A DNA stretch of 63,286 nucleotides, counting the filler, from Craspedostauros australis (taxonomy: Eukaryota), in the NCBI GenBank assembly GCA_030167865.1. It is 4 parts of 4 records of this genome, joined end to end, with 100 filler letters (N's around TTAATTAATTAA, not from the genome) between each part and the next. Parts side by side here need not be neighbours in the genome. Positions count along the whole stretch, not along the records: positions 25,221 to 55,250 come from JALAGF010004043.1; positions 55,351 to 60,375 come from JALAGF010004050.1; 2 more parts are not named here. The stretch is one strand, 5' to 3'. Below, piece by piece: positions 47,679-59,400 of the stretch. The notes beneath the pieces were generated by a model. That model was not told where the DNA came from. It worked only from the letters and a program-made list of their open reading frames with translations, and made no database searches. A program made the translations under genes and the position numbers. Each line of letters opens with the position of its first letter. The first letter of the stretch is position 1.

Positions 47679-50665
47679 ATGTCAGGCAAGGGATTGCGGC
47701 GCAACCGACAGCAGGTATCGTCATCGCTGACCAAAGGAGGCCGACAAGGCAAGGCATCATGGTTCAAGTCGGCGAAGACGTGGATCGCCTTGTTTGGTGT
47801 CATCTGGGTGATCTACGCGGTCGGCGTTGTCGTCACTGTCGTCAAGGTGCACCAGATGGGCGACACGGCGGTGTCCAGCGACCACATCATGGGCGGCGTC
47901 AAGAGCAGAATGATGACTCCCGATGATGCCAGAGTTGCGTCGCAGGCTCTGGACGTGTCTCCGCAAAAGCATCAGCGTATGCATCAGCAACAGCAACAGC
48001 ACCATCAAGGCCTGTCTCCCGATAGCACGGCCAAGGTGGAGATTCAGAAGCACGTCAATCACCGCATGACCAACGGTGCCGTTGCTGGCGACGACCAAGC
48101 CAAGGACAAGATCTCCGACGAAGCCATCGAGCTCGCGCGCAAGAGGGACGAGAAATTGGCGGAACTCGCGGAGCAACAGCGCAAGGCCAATTTGAAGCGC
48201 GTGCGGCGTCCGCGGTTCAAGGCCAATCCATACGGTCACATGGTGGAACCCAACATGATCGCACCGCATTCGTTGGACCGGCCTCGCGAGCAGCCACCGA
48301 ATAAAAAGCGAGATCAGGTCCTCAAGATACACATGGAACCCATCGATAAGTCGATCTGGAAGGAGCGCCCGTTGCCGGTGCGCACGACGACGGCAGCCGA
48401 TCTCACGCAGCGGGCCTTTCCGCAGCTCAACTCCTGCCGCTTCCTGCCCAGCCAATGGCCCGTCGATGAGTACCCCGACGACGATCCCTACCTGCCGTGG
48501 ATCCATGACGTCTTTCCGTCGCATGAGGGGGATTTCATTCAATTCGTGGCGCAGAACAAGCGTCGATGTCAGACGGGGACAACGCCGGAAGAAGAGGTGG
48601 CGCTGGATCATTGGGAGCCGCAGATCACGCAGTTTCAGCATGTGCCGTTGAAGCGGACCAACACGACCTTCACCAAGACGCCCAGGTACCGTCTGTCGTC
48701 GCACGAGGAGGCGGACCACGATGCCATGGCAACGCGCTTCATTTGCCGCTTCAAGGATGCGGACGGCGTCGTCCTGGAGGAGACCCTCAGCGTCTTCAAC
48801 AATGATTACGAATGGACGACCTACCGCAAGCACCTCAGGAGCATGTTCTCGCCCGACGGTCGCAACCTCAACTCGCCCCACACCTCGCAGCTCATCTTCA
48901 AGTGTCCCGTGCCGCAACACTTGCAGGAGCAGATCCGCACGGGCGACAGCGTCGTGGACGATTGGGCCACGCTCTTCATTGATCTGGTCACCATCCGGAC
49001 GCCACCGCGGTACGGACCGCCGACCGAGTTCCTCGTGCCAAACTACGACCTGTCGTTGCCGTCGATGATGCGCGCCAAACCGCCGATGCGTTTCGATGCC
49101 AACGTGCAATGGGGTGACGACCACATCCTGCCGACCGTCGAAGATTCGGGACGCTGGGAGAATGTTCCCATCTGCAGACCATCGATGATGGAGTACGAAC
49201 CGGACGTGTACGACCAGCTGCAGCAGGCGGAGCAGGAGGGGACCGTCGCCGAGCAGGAGAAGACCCACAACCTGGTCTCCTGCCTGTGGGCATCCGCGGG
49301 ATACACGACGAGAGGCAACCGCTTTGCCATCAACGACGGACAGCGACGCATGCTGGAATGGCTCACGCATAACCAGAATCTGGGATTCGATCATTTCTAT
49401 ATCTACGACAACTCCGGGGCCTTCTCCAAGACCAGCTCGTTGCAACCCATCGCAGATCTGTTCCCCGGCAAGGTCACGGTCATTCCGTGGCCATCGAGGG
49501 TGTGCAACAACAATCCAAACAACGTGGATTCGCCTGGCGAACGTTCTTCGCAGTACGCCGCAGAGTCATCATGCTCGTTGCGATTCGGTCCGCACGTGAA
49601 ATGGATAGGGCAGTTCGACATCGACGAGTACCTCATCCCCATGGGCGAGTACGACAGCGTGCTGCCGCTGCTCGACAAGCTCGAGGATGAGGGCAAGAAG
49701 ATCATCTCCTTCGACTCTTGGAGAGCATGGCCTCGCAGGACTCACATCAAGTAAGTTGGGTCACGGCGCTGCAGTGTGCTGCACTGGTCTCTTACACACA
49801 GAGCAAGAACGGATGCGGAATGCCTTGAATGAGCCGGCAAAGATGGAGCGCGCTACTGATTCGTTGTTTGCATCGCTGAGATGATGTGTGTTTTTGTTTG
49901 CCATGGTTGATGTCGCGTCGTTTCGGAGCCCCATTCCTTGTGTCATTCATGCTTCTCATGGATTCGGCTCTAACCTTCCTTTTGTTGATTTGTGCTGTTT
50001 TGGTACGAAACAATGCGCCCATGCCTTGCTCACGTGCGGACACTACACTGAATCACATGAAATGAACACACGAAATCATGAATCTTTCGTACGAGTACAG
50101 CACACCGGTGACCATCAAAGACAAGGCTTTGTGCGAGAGTACCGATGGGTGCTTCGATCTGGTCATTCCCAACAACGTCACGGTGCTGGCGGCCTACAAT
50201 TGCGACAGGCAAAAACCTGGGAAGAAGCTGCACAAGATGCCTGCGGAGAAGCAGATATACCGCGCCGATTATGTGAGGCAACACTTCGTCCACTATTCCA
50301 CCATCACGGCATCGACCATGCTGAACTACACAGTCTACGGGAATAAGTTCGGCAGCGCCGTTACGTTCCCCGACCCACTGTCAAGGTTTGGCGACGAGGT
50401 GAACGAAGGTCTCATGGTGCACAGCAAGGCCGTCGCTCGGCAAGACACCGCCGGTTGGCTGAGGCACTGCAACGTCAAGGGTGGCGGGGACGGCTTCTGC
50501 CGCATCGGGTTCCCGTGGCCCGACGGCGCAGAAGAGAGAGGCGAGACGAAGGACGCAGATGGCTGGAAGTACAATTGCTACCTCAACCCCAAGATCGATG
50601 ACTTTTGGGTGCCCAAATTGGAGAAGGCCATGGCGAAGTATTCCCATTTGTTGCAAGGCAAGTAG
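47679..50665 (+). CDS. Glycosyltransferase family 92 (DUF23)-like type II membrane protein (~878 aa, 2 exons)
   Basis: Exons 47679-49750 and 50101-50665 (THI-N-TPVT). N-terminal TM WIALFGVIWVIYAVGVVVTVV. GT92-type motifs EWLTHNQNLGFDHFYIYDN and WIGQFDIDEYLIP (DxD). Confidence 0.82.
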
Positions 50666-51299
50666 AGTACTCCAAGAGGTTCTGCATGTGCTTTGTGAGA
50701 GCTCATGAGGATGCTCCGACGCGTAGAAGAGCATGGCAGTGCAGGATGCAAGCCAACCCATCGCACTAGTACCAATAGAGAAGATGTTAACAACAACAGA
50801 TGACATGGTAGAACTCCTTGCTCTTGCCACACCCGGACAACCCACTCTGCGCAACAATAGAGTATCCCTTGTTCAACTTGGATGGAATAGAGCAGTTGTG
50901 TTCAGAGAATGGATAAGAATAGTACTTTCATTTTATTTCACCGTACCTCCCAATGTTGTTCTTGGATGACCCAGTCGAGCATTGTTGAAACCGCATCTGT
51001 CGGACAAGAAGATCGACAAGAACAGCTTCGGTTTGACTAACTGGAGTAACATCATTGTTCTCCTTTCCGTTTCTCATGCCCAAAACGAACGCAATCGCAA
51101 ACACAACGCAACACGACAAGAGATCAACATGGCAGAAAACCACGAAAACAGATCGTGACCATGACGCAGTGAACGATGTTGCTTTGGTGCACGTTGGTCA
51201 TAAGTCGTAATAGATGAGATTGAACAAGAGAGTAGAGTTGCTCCGATCCAAGAGTTCAAGTTCATCCAAAGCACGATATTGCTTTACGTGAAGTCTCCC

Positions 51300-52346
51300 A
51301 TGGCGAAGGCAACCACAGCCAACGGCAATGGCCCAAGCAACGGCCACGGAAAGTCTCCGAAGCCCGCTCTGTGGAAGATCTGGTGGACCGCCGCCAGGCC
51401 GCACACGCTCACGGCATCGCTGTCGCCCGTCATCGTCGGCCATTGCGTGACGGTCAACGCGTTGGGACCTGACGATGTGGACATCCCCGATCTGCGCATG
51501 GTCACGTTCCAATGGGCCTGCTTCTGCATGCTGATCCAGCTGGGCACCAACCTGCACAACGACTACGCGGACTTCGTCAAGGGCGCGGACGATGACAAAC
51601 GCGTCGGCCAAGCACGCGCCACGCAGAAGGGATGGCTGACGCCCCACCAGACCGCCAGCGCCGCGTGCACGATGATGGGCCTCACATTCCTGGTCGGTCT
51701 CAGCTTCATCCTGCAAATTCAGGGACCCCAATGGCGCACGGTGATGTTCACGATCGTCGTGCTGACGTCCGTCTTCAACGGCTTCGCCTACACGGGAGGG
51801 CCATTCCCGCTGGGTTACATCGGTCTGGGCGACGTGTCGATCGCGTACTCCGGACTCGGGGATCTGTTCGTGTTCCTGTACTTTGGTCTTGTGGCGACGT
51901 TGTCCGTGCCGTTCCTGTACATCGCGTGCAAGACGGACGGCACAGACGACCTTTTGACCAGCATCATCATCTCGGCACTGCCACAGGCCGTCCAGGTTGC
52001 CTGTCTGGGAACGACGATCATTATCGTCAACAACCTGCGGGATCGGCACACCGATGTTCGTGCCAACAAGCTCACCATGGCTGTGAGATTCGGTGCTACC
52101 GCGTCGCGCATGGAGTACGCTCTGATGCTGGTCATCGCTTTTGGAATCCAGCTCGTGAGGTTCGGCAGGTCAACTGACTCGTTGGTACGACTGATGCCGT
52201 TGCTGTGTCTGGTGAAGGCGCGCACGGAACTGCAGGCGGTGCACAGCAAGGACGGCGCCGCGTTGAATCTTCATGTTGGCGGGGCTGCGAAGGTCCAATT
52301 TCTGTTCTGCCTTCTGCTTGGTTCTTCGTTGCTTTGGGAGTCGTGA
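51300..52346 (+). CDS. menA: 1,4-dihydroxy-2-naphthoate prenyltransferase (MenA, UbiA family), 348 aa, intronless
   Basis: Motifs AARPHTL, NLHNDYADFVKGAD, AYTGGPFPLGY.GLGD and VNNLRD...D..ANKLTMAVRFG; multiple TM helices. Confidence 0.9.
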   Translation: MAKATTANGNGPSNGHGKSPKPALWKIWWTAARPHTLTASLSPVIVGHCVTVNALGPDDVDIPDLRMVTFQWACFCMLIQLGTNLHNDYADFVKGADDDKRVGQARATQKGWLTPHQTASAACTMMGLTFLVGLSFILQIQGPQWRTVMFTIVVLTSVFNGFAYTGGPFPLGYIGLGDVSIAYSGLGDLFVFLYFGLVATLSVPFLYIACKTDGTDDLLTSIIISALPQAVQVACLGTTIIIVNNLRDRHTDVRANKLTMAVRFGATASRMEYALMLVIAFGIQLVRFGRSTDSLVRLMPLLCLVKARTELQAVHSKDGAALNLHVGGAAKVQFLFCLLLGSSLLWES

Positions 52347-53021
52347 CGAGAGAGTACTTGTACGAGTACGGATGATGAGATGGTGCAAGAGAGCGAGAGA
52401 GCGAGAGTGACAGACTTGCGCTGGCGCCAATCGGCCATGATAGCGCCGACCACCATAACAGCATGGTGCTAATCCGCCAACTGTATGTTGTACTATGCAC
52501 GTTTACATCGATCCATCTACAGCACTTGTATGTAGAGTAGAGTATATTATATTTGATGTTGAATAGTAAGGCTGACCCTCCATCTGTAGAGAGCATGCTT
52601 TGTTCTTGGTACTCTCCGTAGATAACTCTTCAGCCAGTCATCAGAAATTGCCCAAGCATCGTCTCCCTTGTTCGCACGGAGAATCCTGAGAAGTTTTGGA
52701 GTTCGTGGAAGCAGGAACGAACCTGGCGGAGTCTCCGAAGGTTCCCAGCACAACAAGAACAGTCCGCACTGTAAGAGTGCGAACAAGAGTGGATTGGTTG
52801 TGGCCATGCCTCTCCACTTGTGTGTTGCTTTCGTTGCGTACTCGTATGTGTTGGTATGGTATGTCTCTATGGTATGGTTAGTATAGTGTAATATTCATTT
52901 GGGTTTCCTGGTCTCCCTGCTTTTGCAGCATGTGCGATCCAACTTGGCTCGTCCAGCACCACGTGCTCCGCGACACTCGTATGTACTCCATCTACTTCTG
53001 CCTTGTGTTGTTGGTATGACC

Positions 53022-53966
53022 CTACAGAAGCAGCGAGGAGGACGGACTTTCCTTGTTGCGTTCGTGTTCATGTTCATGCTCTTCGTCGTGTTCACTGCGA
53101 TCACCTTCGTGATCGAGGAAGGACTGCTGCGACATGAAGCCTATGGATTGGATCGTGCTGAGTCTGGGTGGCATGGGCACCCTCATGATGCTGGGCAGCG
53201 ATGAATCTGCTGAGATCGCGTCCTCCTCCTTGATCGATGCCACGGAACGCAACGACCTTATCCGGACCGGCATGCGAGGTGTGAAGTCGTGGGGATGGGA
53301 CGCAGCATACTGCCCGCGTTGCTGCCGGCGGTCCTGATCGTGCTGACTGCACGAGATGCCGGAGTCGGTCGCTATCGTCGAGCACGCAGTGAAGGTTGCA
53401 GATGTCGCCGAGAGGGACGAGGGGCCTAGTGACGCTGTACCAATGGAAGCCACGCGCACCGGCAGCCGAGGTGGGTCTTCGCACAGGAGATCTGGGGCAG
53501 CAGCAGGAGGCGACGTCGGTGCTGCGTGCAACGCGTCCTTGCTGTCACCAGCGTTGTGGTGGCTGGTCTTGTCTGCGTTGGTGGGAACGGCGCATTCGCA
53601 GGCAGGATCGGCCTTGTCCATCAGGCTGCGGCCGCTCTCCCAGTTGATGCTGTGCATGTTGGCCAGCGCTCTGCCATTGGCCGGGCTGCTGAGAGTCGAT
53701 AGAGTGCTGCGTCTGGTGGCAGGCAGCGGCACGCAGTCTTCCTTGAGGGTGCCATCCAGGAGGGACTTCAGCGACGGGTACATGAACCGTTGCTGCAGCT
53801 GATCGAAGAACAGGGTCCCGCTATCGTCCATGCTCGACACCCTCTTGATCTTCGTGGAGAACCCTTCTTCCACCATGATCTCGCGAGGCAACTGGTTGAT
53901 GCAATCCGAGGTGGACAGCGTTGCTGAGGTCCTCGTCTGCGATGCTGATGTATTGTTTGCTGTCAT
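53022..53966 (-). CDS. Hypothetical protein (~314 aa) with repeated Pro/Arg (PxR..S) motifs
   Basis: ATG 53966 in AAG-ATG context within a longer ORF. Motifs PLPATRRST, PRLPVRVAS, PRMPVRIRS and PMPPRLST; no known domain. Confidence 0.6.
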   Translation of the reverse strand: MTANNTSASQTRTSATLSTSDCINQLPREIMVEEGFSTKIKRVSSMDDSGTLFFDQLQQRFMYPSLKSLLDGTLKEDCVPLPATRRSTLSTLSSPANGRALANMHSINWESGRSLMDKADPACECAVPTNADKTSHHNAGDSKDALHAAPTSPPAAAPDLLCEDPPRLPVRVASIGTASLGPSSLSATSATFTACSTIATDSGISCSQHDQDRRQQRGQYAASHPHDFTPRMPVRIRSLRSVASIKEEDAISADSSLPSIMRVPMPPRLSTIQSIGFMSQQSFLDHEGDRSEHDEEHEHEHERNKESPSSSLLL

Positions 53967-55250
53967 CTTGACTCTGTTTGCTTCTCTGACTCGAGGTATT
54001 GTGTGTGAGAGAACTTGGTGGCTTCCGAGTCTTCTCTGTCGAAGCGTTATCTGTGCGATGTGATGAGATGTGATGAGATGTGATCCTGTTCTGTTGCGCC
54101 TGATGGTGACCGGTGTCTTGGCGTCTTGGTGGAGCAGCAGGTGTTGATTGATGGTTGGGTTCGGTGATTGTCGATTGCGAGTTGGGACTTGTCTCAAGTG
54201 TGAGTGGAAGAGAGCTTGCGAAGGAGATGTCTGCAAGTTCGCGAGTTGCGGCAGGTTTGGCGTCGTTGTGGACGGTCTACTGGAGGTCTGCGTGTTTCCT
54301 CCCTGCTCTGAGTTATGTACCGTTGGTCTGAGTGTGTCTTGGGTGTGCGAAACTGAACGAAAGCGATGCATGTGGTGGTGCAACAGGCAACAAGGAAACA
54401 CAAACTCCACAAGACATCAGCTTTGGCCCTCTCAGCGCTCGCGAAACTTACGTGCTTTTCCAATTTGGGTTCCTCCGACGCCTCCGCTGAGTCGTCCCCA
54501 GTCTTCTTTTGTGAGCGTTGAAGCGGCAGTCGAGACGGTTTTGGCCATCTGGTACTCGTACAATGATGACTGCTTAAGTGTTTCGAAACACTTAGACTAA
54601 TGTGATGTCATTTGGATTCTTCCAAGGTCACGTAAAACAGCAATCATTGATCATTGATCGATGCGTTCGTGTTCGCGAATACTGGTGGAGTGACATACGG
54701 CCCCATTCAGGGTACGATCGTACATTCCTGCCGATTTTTTATCGGACAACATGACTTTTTTTGCAAACGATGTAGCGTGTTGTCCAATAGGTTTAGATAT
54801 ATTTAGCTAGCTTCTACGACACAAATACCTGGCCGACTTGTCTTCACCGCGGACGAAAATGATGACGTTATTGACGGTCGCTATCAGACGGCGATGACAT
54901 CCAAGGGGGTGGATGGTGACGTTGCGGCAGATTTGGTGACACGTTGATTCCTCGCGTTGTTGGTGATTTGGCTCGGTTTGGGGTTTCCTCCTTTGGGCGT
55001 GTCGTGCCGGCAGCATCCCGGCGCATCAGCTGCAACAGCAACACTTGCGAATACCACACAACACAGTATTATAGAATATAATGTAATGGAGCACAATGAC
55101 TTATTCTGTGGTGTGCAAAGCATTGTATTATAGAATACTATTTAATGCGATGCTTAGTTTGTCAATACAAAGTCCTGCGCAACCTGCGTTGCTCCCCTTC
55201 AACATGGGATGTCATGTTCATCTGCTGAGCTGATGGCACGACGCGGAAAG

Positions 55251-55350
55251 NNNNNNNNNNNNNNNNNNNNNNNNNNNNNNNNNNNNNNNNNNNNTTAATT
55301 AATTAANNNNNNNNNNNNNNNNNNNNNNNNNNNNNNNNNNNNNNNNNNNN
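55251..55350. other. Assembly gap with artificial TTAATTAATTAA linker
   Basis: N block with central ttaattaattaa. Confidence 0.97.
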
Positions 55351-56412
55351 ATCAACGCTCGTGGAATGGAGTTCAATTGGCTACCAACGGTGAAGATCTT
55401 CATCCGAGGACGCATGCGCAACCTTTTCTTCGAACACAGCACGATTCGCTACGACGAGATTCGGAAGTACGCCGTGCGGTACTCGCTCAAAGCCACCCGA
55501 CACGCCCAGATCGCGATGCAGATCGGTCGGTGCATTCAAGACTCTCTGACCCAGGACGCCAGATCCCGGTTGCAGCTGGAGTCACAGCGGTACACAATGA
55601 CCACCGTTGAAGGGGTGGTGCACGACGGACTCCTGATGTTCAAGGTACTCATGGAGAAGTCGCTGGTCAACACCAACGCGACCGTCAGCATGCTTCGCAG
55701 CAACCTGGCCAACCTGCCAACGAAGATCGGCGAGCTCTCCGACAACATCACGGAACTCAATGAGTACGCCAAGCATCAGCGCAGCGAGCTGAACGCCCGT
55801 GGGCAAGTCACCCACGATCTCTTGGTCTACCTCTTCGAAGCCTACAAGCAGGTGAACGACGAAGCCTTCCGCCGGTACATCGAAAGCAAGGAAGACCAGC
55901 ACCACGAAGGAGAAGCTCTCAGCGCAGACTCGCTCATGGATCTCGTCGAGAAGAAGTTCAAGACGATGATGGAGCGCGGCACCTGGAAGGCGCAGACCGA
56001 CGACCAGAAGCACATCGTGGCCCTCACGGCCGAGATCGAGCGCATCAAGAAGAACCGAAACGGGAACAAAGGAAAAGAGAAGAAGGGCAAGCCAGAGAAA
56101 GAAGGCAAGGGCAAGAAGGGCAAGGACAAGGACAAGGACGGCAAGAAGGCTGGATCCGGAGACACTCCGTGGTTCTACCAACCGCCGGCCAACGGAGCGT
56201 CCAAGTCCAAAAAGGACCCGAGCGGAAAGGACGTCCACTGGTGCCCGAATCACGGAACCAACGGAAAATGGGTCCGACACAAGCCATCCGAGTGCAAGGC
56301 CATCAATGGAGGGGCCAACAAGGGTGGGCAATCCGGCAAAGCCGGAGGAGACGGTGCTTCAGGAAACAAGCCCCAGGTGGCCATGCCACATGTGGTCGAA
56401 GAGGAGTACTGA
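55351..56412 (+). CDS. gag: Retrotransposon Gag (5'-truncated)
   Basis: Open from the contig start to TGA 56410-56412. Helical capsid-like region, Lys-rich stretch and atypical zinc knuckle WCPNH...KWVRHKPSEC. Confidence 0.85.
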   Translation: MNARGMEFNWLPTVKIFIRGRMRNLFFEHSTIRYDEIRKYAVRYSLKATRHAQIAMQIGRCIQDSLTQDARSRLQLESQRYTMTTVEGVVHDGLLMFKVLMEKSLVNTNATVSMLRSNLANLPTKIGELSDNITELNEYAKHQRSELNARGQVTHDLLVYLFEAYKQVNDEAFRRYIESKEDQHHEGEALSADSLMDLVEKKFKTMMERGTWKAQTDDQKHIVALTAEIERIKKNRNGNKGKEKKGKPEKEGKGKKGKDKDKDGKKAGSGDTPWFYQPPANGASKSKKDPSGKDVHWCPNHGTNGKWVRHKPSECKAINGGANKGGQSGKAGGDGASGNKPQVAMPHVVEEEY

Positions 56413-59400
56413 ATCACAGGCCGGAGGGTGTGGGCATTTGTGTTCACCCTCTGCAGGCCATTCATCGTGGCGTTACTGGCTACACTCTGCATCAGCGCAA
56501 TCGCATGTGGGGATGAGGAGTCAGTGACGACCGTGGTGGTGGTCGCCCTGGTAACTTGGGTCGCTCAGCGCATCGCGCTGATCCAACGAGACTCTCGCAA
56601 ACATACCAGATGGCGATCAAGCCACACGAAGTGCCGACGCTTCTACGCGCGTGGCACCAGAACCAGACCACCCAGGATCGGATCCAAGGACGGCAGACCC
56701 TCACGGAGAATGCTGCATCTTTGGACAATCGCCGACCAGGAGCAGCAGCACGCGCACACCATGCCGCTTGCCAGATTCGATTCAGATTCATTCGAGATGG
56801 CAGTGGACAACTGTGCCACGACCTCCTTCACGAACAACAAGGAGGACTTCATCGGAGATCCAATCAAGATTGACAAGGTGGTGAAAGGAGTGGGAACGCG
56901 GAAAGTGCATCTGCAAGGCAAGGTGGAATGGCGAATCGAAGACGACAACGGGAATCGGCACGTCATCGAGCTGGACGGGGTCATCTACGAACCTGGCCTA
57001 CCGTTTCAACTGCTCTGCCCACAGCACTGGGCGCAATGCAGCAAGGATCCAGAAGGTACAGGATGCACCACCCTTGGGAATCGCATGGAGATATTCTGGG
57101 ACCGACGAAGACACCAGAGGTCGATACCTCTCACATCCTCCAACATTGGGATGATCCGGACAGCAACCGGATACAGCGGAGTTCGCAAATTCTGCATGGC
57201 TACCGAAGTCCCCATATCCACGCCAGACAACCAACTGGACGCGACCCACCTGGTGAGCGACGACGAAGAGTCAGTGGTGATGGACGACGACGAAGGCAGC
57301 GTCAATCAGAGCGAACAAGCCATTGACACCAGCGGAGCCGAAGACGACCTCAGCAAGGAGCCAACGCGAATCGACTTCCGGGACATCCCCTACCGAGCGC
57401 CCATCGACCATGCATCCGAGTTCAGCACCACTCCAACCGCGGACATGCTCTGGCTGCACTACAAGCTGGGACACGTCTCATTCAACAAGATGCGGACCAT
57501 GGCTTCCAAGGGAGAGATCCCAGCGAAGTTCAGGGACTGTCAGATTCCGGTCTGCGCATCGTGTGAGTATGGGAAAGCGACCCGGCGACCTTGGCGGACC
57601 AAGGGAGGCAACCAGCAGGTGAGCAAGCTCATCCCCATCAACAGGCCAGGAGACTGTGTGTCGGTGGACCAAATGGAGTCACCTACCCAAGGCTTCATCG
57701 GTCAGATCAAAGGTAAGCTCACCATCCAGAGATACCGAGCTGCAACCATCTTCACGGATCATCACAGCCGCTTCAGCTATGTGCACTTGCAAAAGAGCAC
57801 CAACGCTGAGGAGACGCTGAATGCCAAACGAGCATTCGAGGCGTACGCCAGAACCTACGGAGTCACCATCCGGCACTACCATGCCGACAATGGTCGATTT
57901 GCGGAGAACAAGTTCCTCTCGCATGTCGATCGCTCCAGCCAGACCATCACTTTCTGTGCGGCGTATGCTCACTTCCAAAACGGGGTGGCAGAGAAACGCA
58001 TCAGAGACCTGCAGGAGGCGGCCAGAACCATGCTGCTGCACATGCATGTCCGATGGAAGGAGGCTGCATCAATCTCACTGTGGCCCTATGCTTTGCGGAT
58101 GGCCAACGAGGTGATGAATGCAACTCCCAACCCTGTGGTAAATCACATCACACCAATGGAGAGATTCTCTGGATCAGCAATCAAGCCCCAGCTGAAACAC
58201 TTTCACTCCTTCGGATGCCCCACATACGTGCTCAACCCTCGTCTCGCGAACGGCCAATCACAGCCGAAGTGGATGTCCAAGGCACGGATCGGCATCTACC
58301 TCGGACTGTCACCCAGACATGCAAGGTCAGTGGCACTCATCCTGAACCCAAGGACCGGACTCGTGTCACCGCAGTTCCACATCAAGTGCGACGACATGTT
58401 CGAGACCGTGGCAGGAACATCGGGAACGAACCATGGCAGATGGAAGGAGCTGGCGGGCATCAGAAAGGCAGAAGTCATCAAGCGCTCCAAGGGAGCGACC
58501 GGAACCAAAGGGTTACGCTGGTCTCCCGAGCACCGATCGCCACCACAGACCAAGGAGGCATCGGCGGAGCCAGACGAACCGCCCGAAGAGTTCGACGCGC
58601 CAGAGACGGAGGCAGCAGACAGCATCGACATCGGCGAAGCACCCAGCGACACAGCAAGCCCTGCGACGCCAGGCGACTCCCAGTCGGCACCTGCATCCAT
58701 CCTGAGACGCTCCAACAGACATCGGACACCGTCCCGAAAGGTCCGGGAGAACGGGGACACCGAAGTGGTGGCCCTGCCCGGAGCATTGGAAGTCGCCAAC
58801 ACCTTCTCGAATGGAGAGAGCTTCGACACCAACGAGACGTCGGACCCAATCGCATTCGCAGCTTCGGCCGATCCAGACACCATGTACTACCATCAAGCCA
58901 TGAAGCAACCGGATCGCCTCAAGTTCAAAGAAGCAATGCAGGCGGAGATCAACGCCCACCATGAGAATGGTCACTGGGAGGTCGTGAAGAGATCCGAAGT
59001 GCCTGAAGGAACCAAGGTGGTCACATCAGTGTGGTCAATGAAGCGAAAGCGGCGCATCAAGACCCGAGAGATCTACAAATGGAAGGCGAGACTGAATGTC
59101 CATGGCGGCCAACAAGTGAAAGGCGTCAACTTCTGGGAGACCTACGCCCCAGTCGTCACGTGGATGTCCATCAGACTTGTTCTCATCCTGTCAATTCTCA
59201 ACAACTGGCACACTCGACAGATCGATTTCGTGCTCGCTTATCCACAGGCTGAAGTGGAGACCACCATCTACATGGAGGTTCCAGTCGGGGTAAGTATCGG
59301 AGAGAGCGACAACAAGGACCATGTCCTCAAGCTGGTGAAGAACTTGTACGGCCAAAAGCAAGCCGGACGAGTCTGGAATCAGCACATGCATCGGGGATTG

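Noticed and set aside
47757..49445. 562-aa antisense ORF (likewise 2491-3498, 13391-14653, 27306-28442, 32391-33488, 51198-52049)
   Set aside because: Shadow ORFs opposite well-supported genes, expected from C/G-ending codon bias.
27321..52346. MVK plus MenA as an isoprenoid-quinone gene cluster
   Set aside because: About 23 kb apart with unrelated housekeeping genes between them.
54712..54723. 12-bp palindrome GTACGATCGTAC
   Set aside because: Isolated; several palindromes of this length are expected by chance in 63 kb.
54760..55250. Possible 5' LTR of the copia element
   Set aside because: No matching second copy after 60476, no PBS visible, and separated from the element by a linker.
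56410..56412. TGA as selenocysteine
   Set aside because: No redox motif context and no SECIS can be assessed because the 3' end is missing; generic readthrough is more parsimonious.
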